A stretch of 63,697 bases of DNA from Glycera tridactyla. Taxonomy: Eukaryota. The position numbers were made by a program, and so were the translations under genes. Positions 1-10,785 of this stretch are shown here, piece after piece. Below the pieces are notes generated by a model. That model did no database searches, was not told the origin of the DNA, and worked only from the letters and a program-made list of their open reading frames with translations. Numbering within the stretch: the stretch's first letter is position 1; each line of letters opens with the position of its first letter. The stretch is from positions 83,328,304-83,392,000 of the forward strand of contig OZ286459.1 of NCBI GenBank assembly GCA_965644265.1, given 5' to 3'.

Positions 1-1031
1 AAAGACCCGAGGTCATGTCAGCATGACAGCGGTGGGGATTATCGTGTCCTCTGATGTATAATCTCAGCTGTCGCCCTTCAAAGCACACCATGCCACTTAT
101 CGGGGGGAAGATCTAAGAAAGGTCTTCATCAACCAGTCATCTCTCACCAGCCGCTGATGCCCTAGAAGGTGCATGGCAACCCGCTGTTAGCTTCATTTTT
201 GCCACCAGGCCAGGCGCCCACTGAGCGTAGCCCTTTCTTGCCTGCTTCCTGCATCACGTCGCTTGGTGGCGTTGAGAGAGCTCTGCATGTTGCTACAGCA
301 GCACCACCTAGCATCGAGGCACAAGTACCGAGCTATGTAGCTCACAGCGATGCGGACCCAGATGGTGCTATGATCGGCCATGTACTCTTAGGAATTTGTT
401 CACCGGCAGCTAAAGCTTGAGTGAGTTGGGACCATTTACTCGATGCGGCCCATTCGACAGGTCAGAATATATGTATAGGCATGAATTACCACGTGTTTGG
501 TGAATGACGTGAGTGTCTATCTGGGATCTATAAAAAAACAGCGATCCAAGGTTAGCGGTGGAACTATATCAAGTGAATACAATAAAGTCACAAGAATACC
601 ACTTTCTTACATATACACATATGCAAGTGCAAAAGAGAAGGTTCAATTTCAATCGAAAGCTAAATGGATCAGCCACTAACAGTCGGGTAAAATGTCAAAC
701 AATCTAGCAAACAAGCTCTGATCTGGTTCGGTTCCCCGTCTTTCCTGCAGGAAATGTTGTGAAGCCAGGTGCCTGGTATCCTCAGCCCTGGTTTTCATTG
801 AATGGTTCATTGTACGTATGAAGACTACGTGTACCTGTATCATCATGCATGGGGACCACACTGATTGAACATAAGACTGAATTTGTCACACTTTTTGTAA
901 ACCCACGCCTTCTTTGAAGCACCTATAAATCACCTTATCTAATAATGTATTTCTTGTCTTTATTGCACGGTTTGTAAGAGGAGAAATCTTGATTCAACTG
1001 ATGCCCGTTCATGTTGAAATCAACTCACCTA

Positions 1032-1197
1032 CAGTGAAACCTGTATTAAGGAACCACTGTATTCAGCAACCACCTGTCTCAAGCAACCACTTTCTGATTT
1101 CTCGGTGCAGTATTTTTCACTTTCACTCACCTGTATTAAACAGCCACCTTTATTCAGCAACCACTTTTCGATCATGGTCACGGCGTTTACACCACTG
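1032..1197 (+). mobile_element. MITE family C, degenerate 3' TIR
   Basis: Starts TA|CAGTGAAACCTGTATTAAG, contains repeated CAGCAACCAC/AACCACCT units, ends CCACTG|TA. The right TIR is only partly recognisable. Confidence 0.65.
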
Positions 1198-2134
1198 TAC
1201 AAGCGATCTTCGTCACGATATAGACCATGAGATCCAGTTCACCGTTGAACCAGAAATAGAAGTCAATTCGAATCCGCGCAACTCATCAATCAATGTGTGC
1301 TTCCCCGGTCTACGACCTCCTCCCGCAGTCGGAGCGCTAGTTTGAATTCATTTGTCCATCAAGTGACTAAGACCGTTTGTAGAGTGTTTAAAACATCATG
1401 AACATCTCCAAAATAACGGTTATTGAGGCAGCCAGGCATATGGGTATCCCGTTTCATAATTTACGGATTAACGGTATGTCTATGGCAGTAGAGCCAGCTG
1501 CTGTCCAGGTCATCTTGATCAATTCTAGATAACAGAACATTCATGATGAGGATGCACTGTCTGCTAGAGCTTGTTATGCTTACTCATATTTTTATATTTG
1601 CTGCGATATCGTTACAGCGACCATTTGTCAAATACGTTCTATGAAATTATAGTCGGCAACGCATGCCATAAACCTCTAAACCTGATATAATCAGTACTCA
1701 ATAATATACAATGCAAGTCTACTTATCACGCTAACAAGATATATCAATATAAATGTTTCCGGAGATGATTTAACACAATTATGTTCTAGAAGTTCACATG
1801 TAGAGTCACCCAATTGTTGATCCAGAATATCCTGACCATAGAGCTGGATGTATACAGTATACTACCCTAGAGGGCTGGGCTGCCATCTGCCCCTGCGTGC
1901 GTGGTGACGCCGGCATGGGGGCCGCCATTACTGGGAGGTGAGGGGCAAGAGTCTGCATACTACCCTACACATACCCCTCAACTCCAATAGACTGGCCATG
2001 CACATCATAACCTTGCAATCTGCTAATCAACTATCATCACACTTATGTGAACAAATATAAATACATGTATATCAAGACAGTGTCAAGTTCATATAAATTG
2101 CGAAAATAAATATTGAAATCCAGTTTAGAGAAAC

Positions 2135-2441
2135 TTATTGATTCTTGAACAGAATCATTTTGGTCAGTTCATGGCGACATGAGGGATTGTTCTTATGGGC
2201 AACCAGTTGAGTATATTTTCGCCCATAGGTGTTCATCCGGATCTTCAGGAACTTTGAAATTATCCCTTTCGTTAGCTGGGATAGGTGATCAATCTCAAGT
2301 CCAATATCAGCATCATATATATGCTCAGCAATAGATGGGAAGAGCACAACATCAGCTAATTTTGTTTTGACAGCTATTTCGAATTTCAGATCCAGTAGAG
2401 GGTTCCTTGTTATTCCAACCTCCGAATGTATCACTTTCCTC
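2135..2441 (-). CDS. Transposase exon 3 (C-terminal domain)
   Basis: Acceptor TGTTTTCAG|G at 2442/2441 is phase-compatible with exon 2. Encodes RKVIHSEVGITRNPLLDLKFEI...LSQLTKGIISKFLKIRMNTYGRKY...RHELTKMILFKNQ, TAA at 2135-2137. Confidence 0.82.
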
Positions 2442-2734
2442 CTGAAAACAGATGATAATCAGCCTTTAAGCTACTTGTATACCCTGTTATGCTCACAGAC
2501 AATGCTGAAAGAAGATGCTGTGATATCACTTTACACCAGTAATAAGTATTTTAGTAGTAGGATATTTATTTTCCACCTTGATTCGTATTTTGCTTAAGCG
2601 TCCTGTGAAATAAAGATTAAAATCTAAACTATATGCACCTCTCTGAAGGGATGAATGCCATAACTGTAGGGACTACATATATACTTATTGATCCACAATA
2701 AATCAACTGTCTCTGGAGTATCTCAATGTGAATA

Positions 2735-2912
2735 CAGTGAAACCTGTCTTGGGGGACCCCCTCCTTCGGGAGACCACCCTTCTAATGGGACACCACTCTT
2801 TATCGGCTCTTTTCTATTTGACATAGTCAAATATACCTCCATTGAGACCACCTGTCTTGAGAGACCACTTTTCAGTGGCATTTGGGGTGGTCTCCCAAGA
2901 CAGGTTTTACTG
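2735..2912 (+). mobile_element. MITE family A copy 1 (Tc1/mariner, pogo/Tigger-like), in transposase intron 2
   Basis: 178 bp; TIRs CAGTGAAACCTGTCTTGGG ... CCCAAGACAGGTTTTACTG; TA on both sides (2733-2734, 2913-2914); internal GAGACCAC repeats. Confidence 0.9.
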
Positions 2913-3017
2913 TATATATGATGTATGTGAGCTGGGAATTGATGAAATAGCTACATGGATAATAACTCCCCAGCTTGTATGCATTTGCAAAAATTATGTA
3001 ATCAGTCATATACTAAC

Positions 3018-5327
3018 CTAAACTCATTTTCTGTCTCTTTGATGATCTTGAGTACTCCATCGGATGGTAAATATAATCCACCGTGATGTTTCCTGGATGT
3101 CAACATCCCATAGATGGGGACAACTTCTTGCATTTTTCCATGTATGTCACTTGGATCCATAAAAATGGCAGTATAACATGTTGCACAGGTTATTTTGGCA
3201 GACAGCGAAAGCACAATGAAACCTCAGATATAGAACAAAACATTATCTCGAAAGGCATTTTCTTGATTGAGGTGGGCAGCCATCTGTTCGGCAAGATCAT
3301 CATTCTCATCCTCATCTACAACCACTTCTTCCGGTCTTGTCAGTGGAGAACTTCGCTTCGATCACTTCAAAGTGAATAAGGATTCTCCCATGTTCTCTGT
3401 GAAATTCTCACAGTTACCCGAAGATGATGCTGATATACTATTTTTTAACAAAATCTTCCGTAAAGCCCACTTGAATTGTAGAGTATTTGGGTTGTTGTTC
3501 CAACCACCACGTCCACGAATCTTGTTAAAAAACAGTTCTAAGTGGTCTTGTGAGAATTTGTATGTCAGTACAGAATGATATTGCTGTTCCTGTCGAGACA
3601 AGAGATCTTTTGCCACTGCCACTATAGAGTTAACTGCCACTGAAAATCCAATCAAGCAAGTTTTTCGCCGTCCATTCCGCAGCAACCTCCCTTGTTCATC
3701 TCGTAGCTCCCACAGATAGGCAGTTGTTTCTCGCAGTAATTTCTCTCTTTCATCGATGTTGAATGCTGTGAGTGGTGCTTTATATCCCTTACCATATGGA
3801 GTACGGGAATTCAGGATGTCAAGTATTTTGTCAATTTTACGGATGAATTTAGTGGTAGCTTCACTGCCTGCGAACTGTGGTAGGCCAAGATCTTCTCGTA
3901 GGAAGTCGATGGCATCTGCTACTGAAGAGCTCAGGGTCTGGACTGCCAGCTTGACATTCATTTTGTGTCGTGTCCACATGATATGTCTCTTGCTCAGCTT
4001 ATTTGCAAGAAGGAGTCCTTCCGATTCCTGTAAACTGTTCAGTGATTCAATGAATGACCACTTGATGAATTTTCTAACACCAGAATCATCGTAGGTTATC
4101 ACACCATAATCAGCAAACATGTTCCGCACAAGTTTCACAAGATGGCATACATCTAACACAAAATAAATAGGACTGTCAGGCCGTCCAGGGATAGTGAAAA
4201 ATGTTTTCAAATTTGTGGGTTTCAAACTGCAGCCTAGCTTCTCAGCGGTTCTCTGGTTAGCATAGTTCCCATCACATATCACTGCTCTCACTTGCATTCC
4301 AGCCTCATTCAAAAGACAAATACAGTCACGAATAAGTTGGGCTTGAACGACACTGTTTACTTTATCACAGAAGAAGTATCCGACTGCATGCTTCCAATGC
4401 CCAGTAATTCCTACTGCCATGAAGACTAATGCTTCAGATGCAAGCGTCTCACTATCCTCTGGCAGTGACTGGCCGTAATCCACAAAGCCTGCGTAGCATC
4501 TGTTCTTAGGGTCCCATACCGTCTCCTTACGAATTGACATTCCATCCAGCATTAGAGAACAATCAGACATCCATGGCCACTTCTCAACAAGCTTACCGAG
4601 TTGACCAATGACCTCCTTGAGAAAACCTGGCTCACAGTTCAAAGAAGTAGACCAATCTCTGATGCTGGAATAATGAGGAAGACAGAAATGTTTTCTCACA
4701 AATTCATATGCCTTTGGTGAATAATAATGAAGTGTCAGCGCAAATTCTTTGACACCATCTCCATAACGACGAGCGTGAGATGATAAGGAGGAATTGCGCC
4801 ACTCACTTTTGAAAAGCTCTCCTGCCATTCCTTCAAAGTTGTGATGCAGAATTTGGTGGGCATCTTCGTAAAGCATATTTTGCTTCTCAAGTGATGTGAG
4901 CAAGTCTGCCATGTTTCCAATTTTTTTGTCCCTGCGGCGAATTTTCTGATGGAGAGATTTTATTTTGCCTTTCAGTCGTATGGTGTTATCAGCAGGTACT
5001 GGTGGTGAGGAGGCATAGCTGTGCATAAAGTGGATCATCCTGGCCTGTTTTCTTGGGCTTGCATCAGGCCTGTCTTCTTGCTCGTCCAGTTTTCTCTTCT
5101 TTGGTGATTTCCTCTTGCTTTTCGGTGTTTGTAGATGTGCGGGAAATTTGAATTGGCTTGGCACAGCGTCTTTCTTGAGTTGACACCCTTGCATATTCGG
5201 TCCTGACTCGTAATCCTCTGCAGTGAAATGGTCACTGCATATCACATCATGCTTTCCTGGTATCCAATCCTTTCGCTTCATGGCATTTATCCACTGCTGC
5301 ATCACTTCTGGCCGATTCTTTGGAAAT
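3018..5327 (-). CDS. Transposase exon 2 (rest of THAP, coiled coil, RNase H-like DDE core with insertion domain); contains the two nonsense codons
   Basis: Includes ORF 3362..5305 (647 aa). The frame continues past TGA as SKRSSPLTRPEEVVVDEDENDDLAEQMAAHLNQENAFRDNVLFYI*GFIVLSLSAKITCATCY...LTSRKHHGGLYLPS..., resembling the THAP9-like C-terminal region. Confidence 0.88.
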
Positions 5328-5467
5328 CTGTCCCAAAAAAATACAATAATAAATTGAGGGTCCTCAATTCCTCTTCAATCTATGCAATCCATGTGCATAT
5401 TCAATCAATCACATGCCCCGAGTGTCTCATGTGACTGACAGAATATGCAATCAGATTGAATAACATA

Positions 5468-5645
5468 CAGTAAAACCTGTCTTGTGAGCCCGCCTCAAAC
5501 ACCAACAAAAAGTGGTCTTTCAAGACAGGTGGTCTCTCATTAGAGGTATATTTGACTATGTCAAACAGAGAAGAGCCGATAAAAGGCGGTCTCCCATTAA
5601 AGGGTGGTCTCCCAAAAGAGGGGTGTCCCAAGACAGGTTTCACTG
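5468..5645 (-). mobile_element. MITE family A copy 2, in transposase intron 1, inverted relative to copy 1
   Basis: 178 bp; CAGTAAAACCTGTCTTG ... CCCAAGACAGGTTTCACTG; TA at 5466-5467 and 5646-5647. The reverse complement aligns end to end with 2735-2912, sharing the core TTTGACATAGTCAAATATACCTC. Confidence 0.9.
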
Positions 5646-6141
5646 TATAACAAGTACCCACTGTTATGGAATATAACCCCCATATCCAATGAGGCAGGAC
5701 TGCTGGAGGATTTCATGGGGCCAGAGTCTTACTGAGTGGGATACTGCAATTATACTCCATAGCAGTGGGTTTTTGTTTTAATACAACAGATAGAAACCAA
5801 ATAAAACACATTGAACAGCATTTCAAATTCTTAGCAAGAGAAGTGTCATGCAGTCTGTGTGCATGAGTACTACTAGGTGTTTTCATGTGTGCAGCTACTG
5901 ATGCATGTGTATGTATGTGAGAGTATGTATGCATGCGTATATGCTCTAGACCATGGATAAAAACCCATTAAAACAGACTGAACAGCATTTCAAACTTCTA
6001 GCAAGAAAAATGTATTGGGTCTGCGTACATGAGTACTAATAAGTGTGTGTACATGAGTGCAGGCTATTCATTGATGCATGGATGAGTATGTATGCAAGTG
6101 TATGTGTTCAGTAATGTTGCCCATTTTCATGAAGTACTCAC

Positions 6142-6212
6142 CTATGAAATGAAATCCCTGATCCCTTCTTCTTTCTGTTCGCACAATCATAGGCCACACA
6201 TGATCCCACCAT
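6142..6212 (-). CDS. Transposase exon 1 (N-terminal half of THAP zinc finger)
   Basis: ATG at 6212; 71 nt encoding MVGSCVAYDCANRKKKGSGISFH plus AG, then donor GTGAGT. Supplies the first two Cys of THAP that the large ORF lacks. Confidence 0.88.
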
Positions 6213-6537
6213 TTTCAGTGAGATAATACAACTTGTAAAACATGAATGACAACAGAATTCACTGAATGGCAGTGTGAAGATGTTCTCCTGTGGTGTGCAT
6301 GTCATGTGATGAAGCAAACTAAGTGAGAGGGAAATGCTCATCGATTGGGTCAATTGGGGTTAGTTAGAAACAACACATGCTCAAGATTATATCTCAGAGG
6401 GGCACTCCCCACTCTACCCTTCTGCCCCTCAGCCTGGCTTAATGGCGGCCACCATGCTGGCGTCACCCGGGGAGGTATGCCCAGCCCTCTCCCTCTTCTA
6501 ACTCTATGATCCTGACAGACAGGTGGATAGATGGCTG

Positions 6538-6587
<50 letters not shown>

Positions 6588-6613
6588 TAGATAGATAGAT
6601 AGAGAGAGAGAGA
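6538..6613. repeat. Compound microsatellite (TA)n(GA)n(GATA)n(GA)n
   Basis: Directly visible. Confidence 0.95.
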
Positions 6614-6629
6614 GGGGGGTGCATGGGGT

Positions 6630-6690
6630 GGTTGGTTGGTTGGTTCAGGTTCAATGTCACGTCAGCACCATCTGGGCTATATTGTGACGC
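6630..6690 (-). repeat. 3' tail of a dispersed SINE/LINE-like repeat ending in (AACC)n
   Basis: Reverse complement is GCGTCACAATATAGCCCAGATGGTGCTGACGTGACATTGAACC-(AACC)n. Related copies at about 26284-26336 (+), 49515-49557 (+), 9318-9375 (-), 17195-17260 (+), 25200-25240 (+), 26443-26475 (+). Confidence 0.65.
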
Positions 6691-7271
6691 CCCTGCAATG
6701 GGCATGGGTGGGATCTTCAAAGGGTCCTCCTTCTGGGTCCCAAACGGAAGGAGAAAAATTATGAAATTCACAGACACTCAAGGTGCCTTTTCTGCGACGG
6801 CATGGGGTGAAGTCATTCGTATGCGTATTGATGGGTTAGTTTGGGGATCTCCTGGGTCAGAGGTCAACTTGCTGAGAGAGGATTATATCAACAAATCCAT
6901 GTTGCCGAAACTACATGATCCACACTTTTCCAGATGTTGCTATGCACCCCAGATGGCCGATAGCTACCCGGGGTTAGCATGTAAGCGTGACCCGCCATCT
7001 CTCTAATTCCCTAATCAATCATAGGGTTTATCTCCCACGCCCCTCGTCGATTGGTATTGAAGTCACGCCACACAGATTCATAGAACCTTCACCCACCTTG
7101 GAACAAACAATGATTTTTTTATCTTCTCTTGACATTTTTTCTTCTTATTCATTTCAATGTCATTTTTGTTTTGTTGTTGTCCTCCATCTAATACTTCTCA
7201 TCTCTTGTCTTTCACATTCTACTTTCGTTGTAATCTTTCCTTCTTTTTCTGTATCTCCTTCATCACCTGTC

Positions 7272-7381
7272 TCCTCCCTCCTCCCCTTCCTCCACCTCCT
7301 CTGTGTTATACCCATGCTTCTACTCCTCCCTCCTCCCCTTCCTCCACCTCCTCTGTGTTATACCCATGCTTCTACTCCTCC
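7272..7381. repeat. 52-bp tandem duplication in a CT-rich tract
   Basis: CCTTCCTCCACCTCCTCTGTGTTATACCCATGCTTCTACTCCTCC occurs twice; CTGTGTTATA at 7301 and 7353. Confidence 0.9.
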
Positions 7382-7859
7382 TTTTCCCCCTCCTCTTCTT
7401 CCTTGTAAGTCTACACTGATCCCGTTTCATGTTCCTGTTCTCGTTGTTTGTCTTGATTTTTCTTCTTTCCATACGAAGAGAGAAGTTACATAGACATACG
7501 CATACGGAACCGAACAAGATGTCAAATTGCACTACGATTCACCATGTGTTTTACCGACGGCACAAACAATTGCATGTCAGAGAGGTATTTCGCCCACTGA
7601 TAATCTCCGGGATCTCGGTATTGCACCAAAGCATACTTCCTGGTATTATGAATCCTTTGATCGCATTCCGACATCTCGATATAGCCAGTTCAGTATGTCA
7701 GTCGTTGCTAGATGGAGGGCGGCGGTGACGAGAAGTAGAAGCTTGGTATCCCAGACTCCTAATGACCCCACTTGCCAAAACATCGCCTTTTCAAGGGATA
7801 TTAGCGATCACAATATCAATAGAATGATAGGAACTTCTCGCTATGCCATTCATCAGCTG

Positions 7860-8060
7860 TGAGAGGTATTCCTACCCGGGACTTGAATCTGAATTTCGAA
7901 CTTACCTTTTGTGTAAGGCAACTGTTACGAAATCAACGTCGATCCTTATATCGAGCACTATAGATAGAATCACATTCAAGGGTGCAGAACATATCTGGGG
8001 ACCTATCAAATGGGTACACGGGCAAGTCCATCCGGTGTAAGGGTTGATGTAAGAGTCAGT
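7860..8060 (+). mobile_element. Decayed Penelope-like RT fragment
   Basis: TFKGAEHIWG then, after a frameshift, MGTRASPS (cf. FxFxGxxYxQxxGTAMGTxxAPSYA of PLE RTs). Confidence 0.33.
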
Positions 8061-10605
8061 TGTTTATAGGGCCCTGTGGTAGTCGTATTGAATTGAAGAA
8101 AACTTTATTCATGAAGCATGGATATATCATATTACATGCTCAATGGTCAACTTAACTAATAACAATTATATACAGAACACGAATGAAGGAATGAATTCAA
8201 TGAGACTATGGTAAGTATGTACAAAAAGACTATGGTAGGAGGAGGGACACATTGATGGGAAGATTTTGCGATATACTGTGTTTGGTAATCTTATTGGGCT
8301 AGTGGCGGAACAGGTTTCACTAGGATATGTGAAAGAATTAATGAGATAGAGCTGCAAATATATTGGGATAATACTAATAATATCGCAAGTCAGGTATAAT
8401 GTCCACAGACAAAGCTGGCTCGACTCCCTGCTGCATCACAATAGAGAGGGCATGGCTGATAGAAACAAACTCACCAAGAAGGGTCCTTTCCACTGCCTGG
8501 CTGACTGACTTGCTGACTGAGTGACTGGCTGACTGAATGACCGAAGAACTGATCAACCGACTCACTGAGTGATAGGCTGACTAAATGACTAAGTGACTGA
8601 CTGAGTCCGACATTCTGGTAGCTGAAGCCACCTCTCTTTCTCCCATGAGCATTGCTGAATGTGCCACAGTTTCTAGCATCCATTCTAAATCCCTGATACC
8701 CTCAACTGATACCTTTGAAGAGGAAGATAACGCACCAAACTGGGCGGAACTACCTAGAGAGCAGCCAAACCTATTCAGGGCGAATGGAGCTTTTCATTTC
8801 AGATTGAAACAGTCTCAATGGCCGCAATGGTTTGAAAACTAAACGGACATACAGTAGATACTTCCACTAGAATGCTCTCGATGAGACAGTTTCTTGTCAA
8901 TTTGTATTTGATTTAGGATGAAGGCCATCGCCGGAAATGAATACATTGTATGAGTTGTGGGCTACGAAAACAAAGTGCAGCTGGTGGAGGAGGGGTGAGC
9001 GGAGGTGGCATGTTTATCAAGGAGTCGCAAACAGCAGTGTATTGATCTTATAGCAATGATGACATGTGCTTATCGTTGATCTTCCGACCCGAATACATAT
9101 AACATTCTCTGTAATCAGTGCGCAAACAATGCAACAAGCCCATCTCCTACCCGTCAAGGAAAACACGGGTTTCGCCAGGACAAACTGAATCACTGCCGAA
9201 TGTTGGGAAAATGCCTCCACTGATCCATGTGACCGAGTAACGCTAATTGTATCGTGGTTGAAAAACGGACTGCTTCCTGAAATATCGTTGCTTCATGATC
9301 AAAAAATACACTTGATGGTCGATTGGTTGGTTGTTTGTGGTCCTGATAGCATCAGTTGGGATATATTGAGACGCCTATCTGAGACGCCTATCTGTAAACC
9401 TAAAAAGAATCCAGATATTTCTGGAATGCCGATTACCTCTGCAATCTTTGGTTAGGGACGAGCGTCCATCAGCATTGATGTGAGATCCGACAGATACCTG
9501 AATAATATTCTCTGCTACCTGTTCCGGAACACCCCTTTCATATCTGTCCAAGGCAAACTCTCCATTCGTAATGTCATGGAGCGTTCGCTCGAAGAAATCT
9601 CACGAGCTCTCGGTCGGTTTCCAGTGAAGATTATAATCATCCATAGAGTGAACATACTACGGTATTCGAAATCTGTCATTCTTTTCTGCTTAAGCAATAT
9701 TGTCTCATTAGTTTGAGGGGGTGAGGGAAAATTTACTCATTTAGACTCTCCCACCACAATATCGCAGTATGTTATATCAGGACTCACCCAGCCCTCTGTC
9801 TGAATATCCTGCATCAGAATCATACAAGCCGCTCAGCACCACAGAATCATACCCTAAAATATCGGATCAGATAGAGGAATTGCTCGTATACATGGTGGTC
9901 CCCCCCCCCCCTGCAATACGTGTCACATCTGCCCCTTTGTCCCTCAGTCTGCCAGTCTTAGATTCAATCTTATATTCTCACTCTCAACATCTCATTCTCC
10001 TCTGTTCCTGACATTCGTTTTCTCTGCCAACTCCTTCTCCTTCTTCGAGTCATGCATGGCGGTCGTGACGAAAAACATTTTTTCACGATGTGCGTGCATT
10101 CAAAATTGGACTCTTGCCCCCCTACTGCCACGGTTCTAACAGAACCTTCCGGTGATGGCAGGCACTATCCGCATAGTGAAATGAACCCGCGGCGAGAGAT
10201 ATATCTCGATTGATGTATTTATTTCTCATAGCAGTTTGAATATAGCGTCGCTCTATCAGGCAATGCTTGGTAGAATTAATCCAATGGGGAAAAACCCATG
10301 ACCTCATCCGTTGGAATGGCTTCATCACTCATACATTATTTCACTATATGAAAGAAACTCGAAATACAAAATGTATATAGACTAGCTCAGTATGAAACTG
10401 ACAATGATTCAATGATTATAAGAATTCATGCTTGAATATGCTTCGTAGAGATTATTGTTTACTTGCTAATACCTATGTCACACTATGATATGGTGCAAAT
10501 AATTTTTTTCATCGAATGGAATTGTATTTCAAATATGAAATTGAGAGTTGTGTGCATTGATGGAGAGCTACTTGCAGATTGATGCTGGCGTTGGATTATC
10601 ATATA

Positions 10606-10785
10606 CAGTCAAACCTCCTCTAAAGACCACCTCTCTATAGAGACCACCTCCCTATAAAGACTGCCCTGAGCTGCGACCGTGGAAGTATTTTCAACAGTGA
10701 ATGACCTCTCTATAAAGACCACCTCCCTATAAAGGCCACTTTTTGGTGCGACCGAAGGGGCGGTCTTTATAGAGAGGTTCGACTG
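10606..10785 (+). mobile_element. MITE family B copy 1 (pogo/Tigger-like)
   Basis: 180 bp; CAGTCAAACCTC ... GAGGTTCGACTG; TA on both sides; internal repeats of CTATARAGACCACCT. Confidence 0.9.

Larger units (their letters stand above)
2135..6212 (-). pseudogene. Spliced THAP-domain P-element transposase, join(6142..6212,3018..5327,2135..2441), 895 codons, two internal TGA stops
   Basis: Splicing at GT-AG sites (donors GTGAGT at 6141 and GTTAGT at 3017; acceptors TTTTTTGGGACAG at 5328 and TGTTTTCAG at 2442; both phase 2) gives one 2688-nt frame. N-terminus MVGSCVAYDCANRKKKGSGISFHR|FPKNRPEVMQQWINAMKRKDWIPGKHDVICSDHF is a C2CH THAP domain. Catalytic-core motifs: LMLDGMSIRK, VICDGNYAN, DVCHLVKLVRN, KFSQDHLELFF. 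C-terminus ...RHELTKMILFKNQ. In-frame TGA at 3362-3364 and 3224-3226. Confidence 0.9.
1837..6508 (-). mobile_element. Complete P-element-superfamily DNA transposon (THAP9-like), 4672 bp
   Basis: Perfect 8-bp direct repeat ATCCTGAC at 1829-1836 and 6509-6516. Ends are CATAGAGCTGGA (1837) and the reverse complement CATAGAGTTAGA (6508). Inner inverted blocks: AGAGGGCTGGGC (1869-1880 / 6479-6490, 12/12), GGTGACGCCRGCATGGKGGCCGCCATTA (1903-1930 / 6440-6467, 26/28), TGAGGGGCA (1939-1947 / 6423-6431). Encloses a P-type transposase. 8-bp TSD and 5'-CA ends are established P-superfamily hallmarks. Confidence 0.93.

Noticed and set aside
1200-1290. HEIQFTVEPE as a PLE RT motif
   Set aside because: A single short motif with no flanking LPFLD or other support.
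3224-3364. Selenocysteine or recoded TGA in the transposase
   Set aside because: The positions correspond to probable Trp and Ser/Ala/Gly rather than Cys, each one substitution from a sense codon, and no SECIS was recognised.
3362-5305. 647-aa ORF as a complete stand-alone gene
   Set aside because: It starts mid-THAP and stops before a homologous C-terminus; it is part of exon 2 of a three-exon gene.
1865-6494. Element ends at AGAGGG (1869/6490) with a 4-bp CCCT TSD
   Set aside because: The outer CATAGAG termini with a perfect 8-bp TSD explain the boundaries much better.
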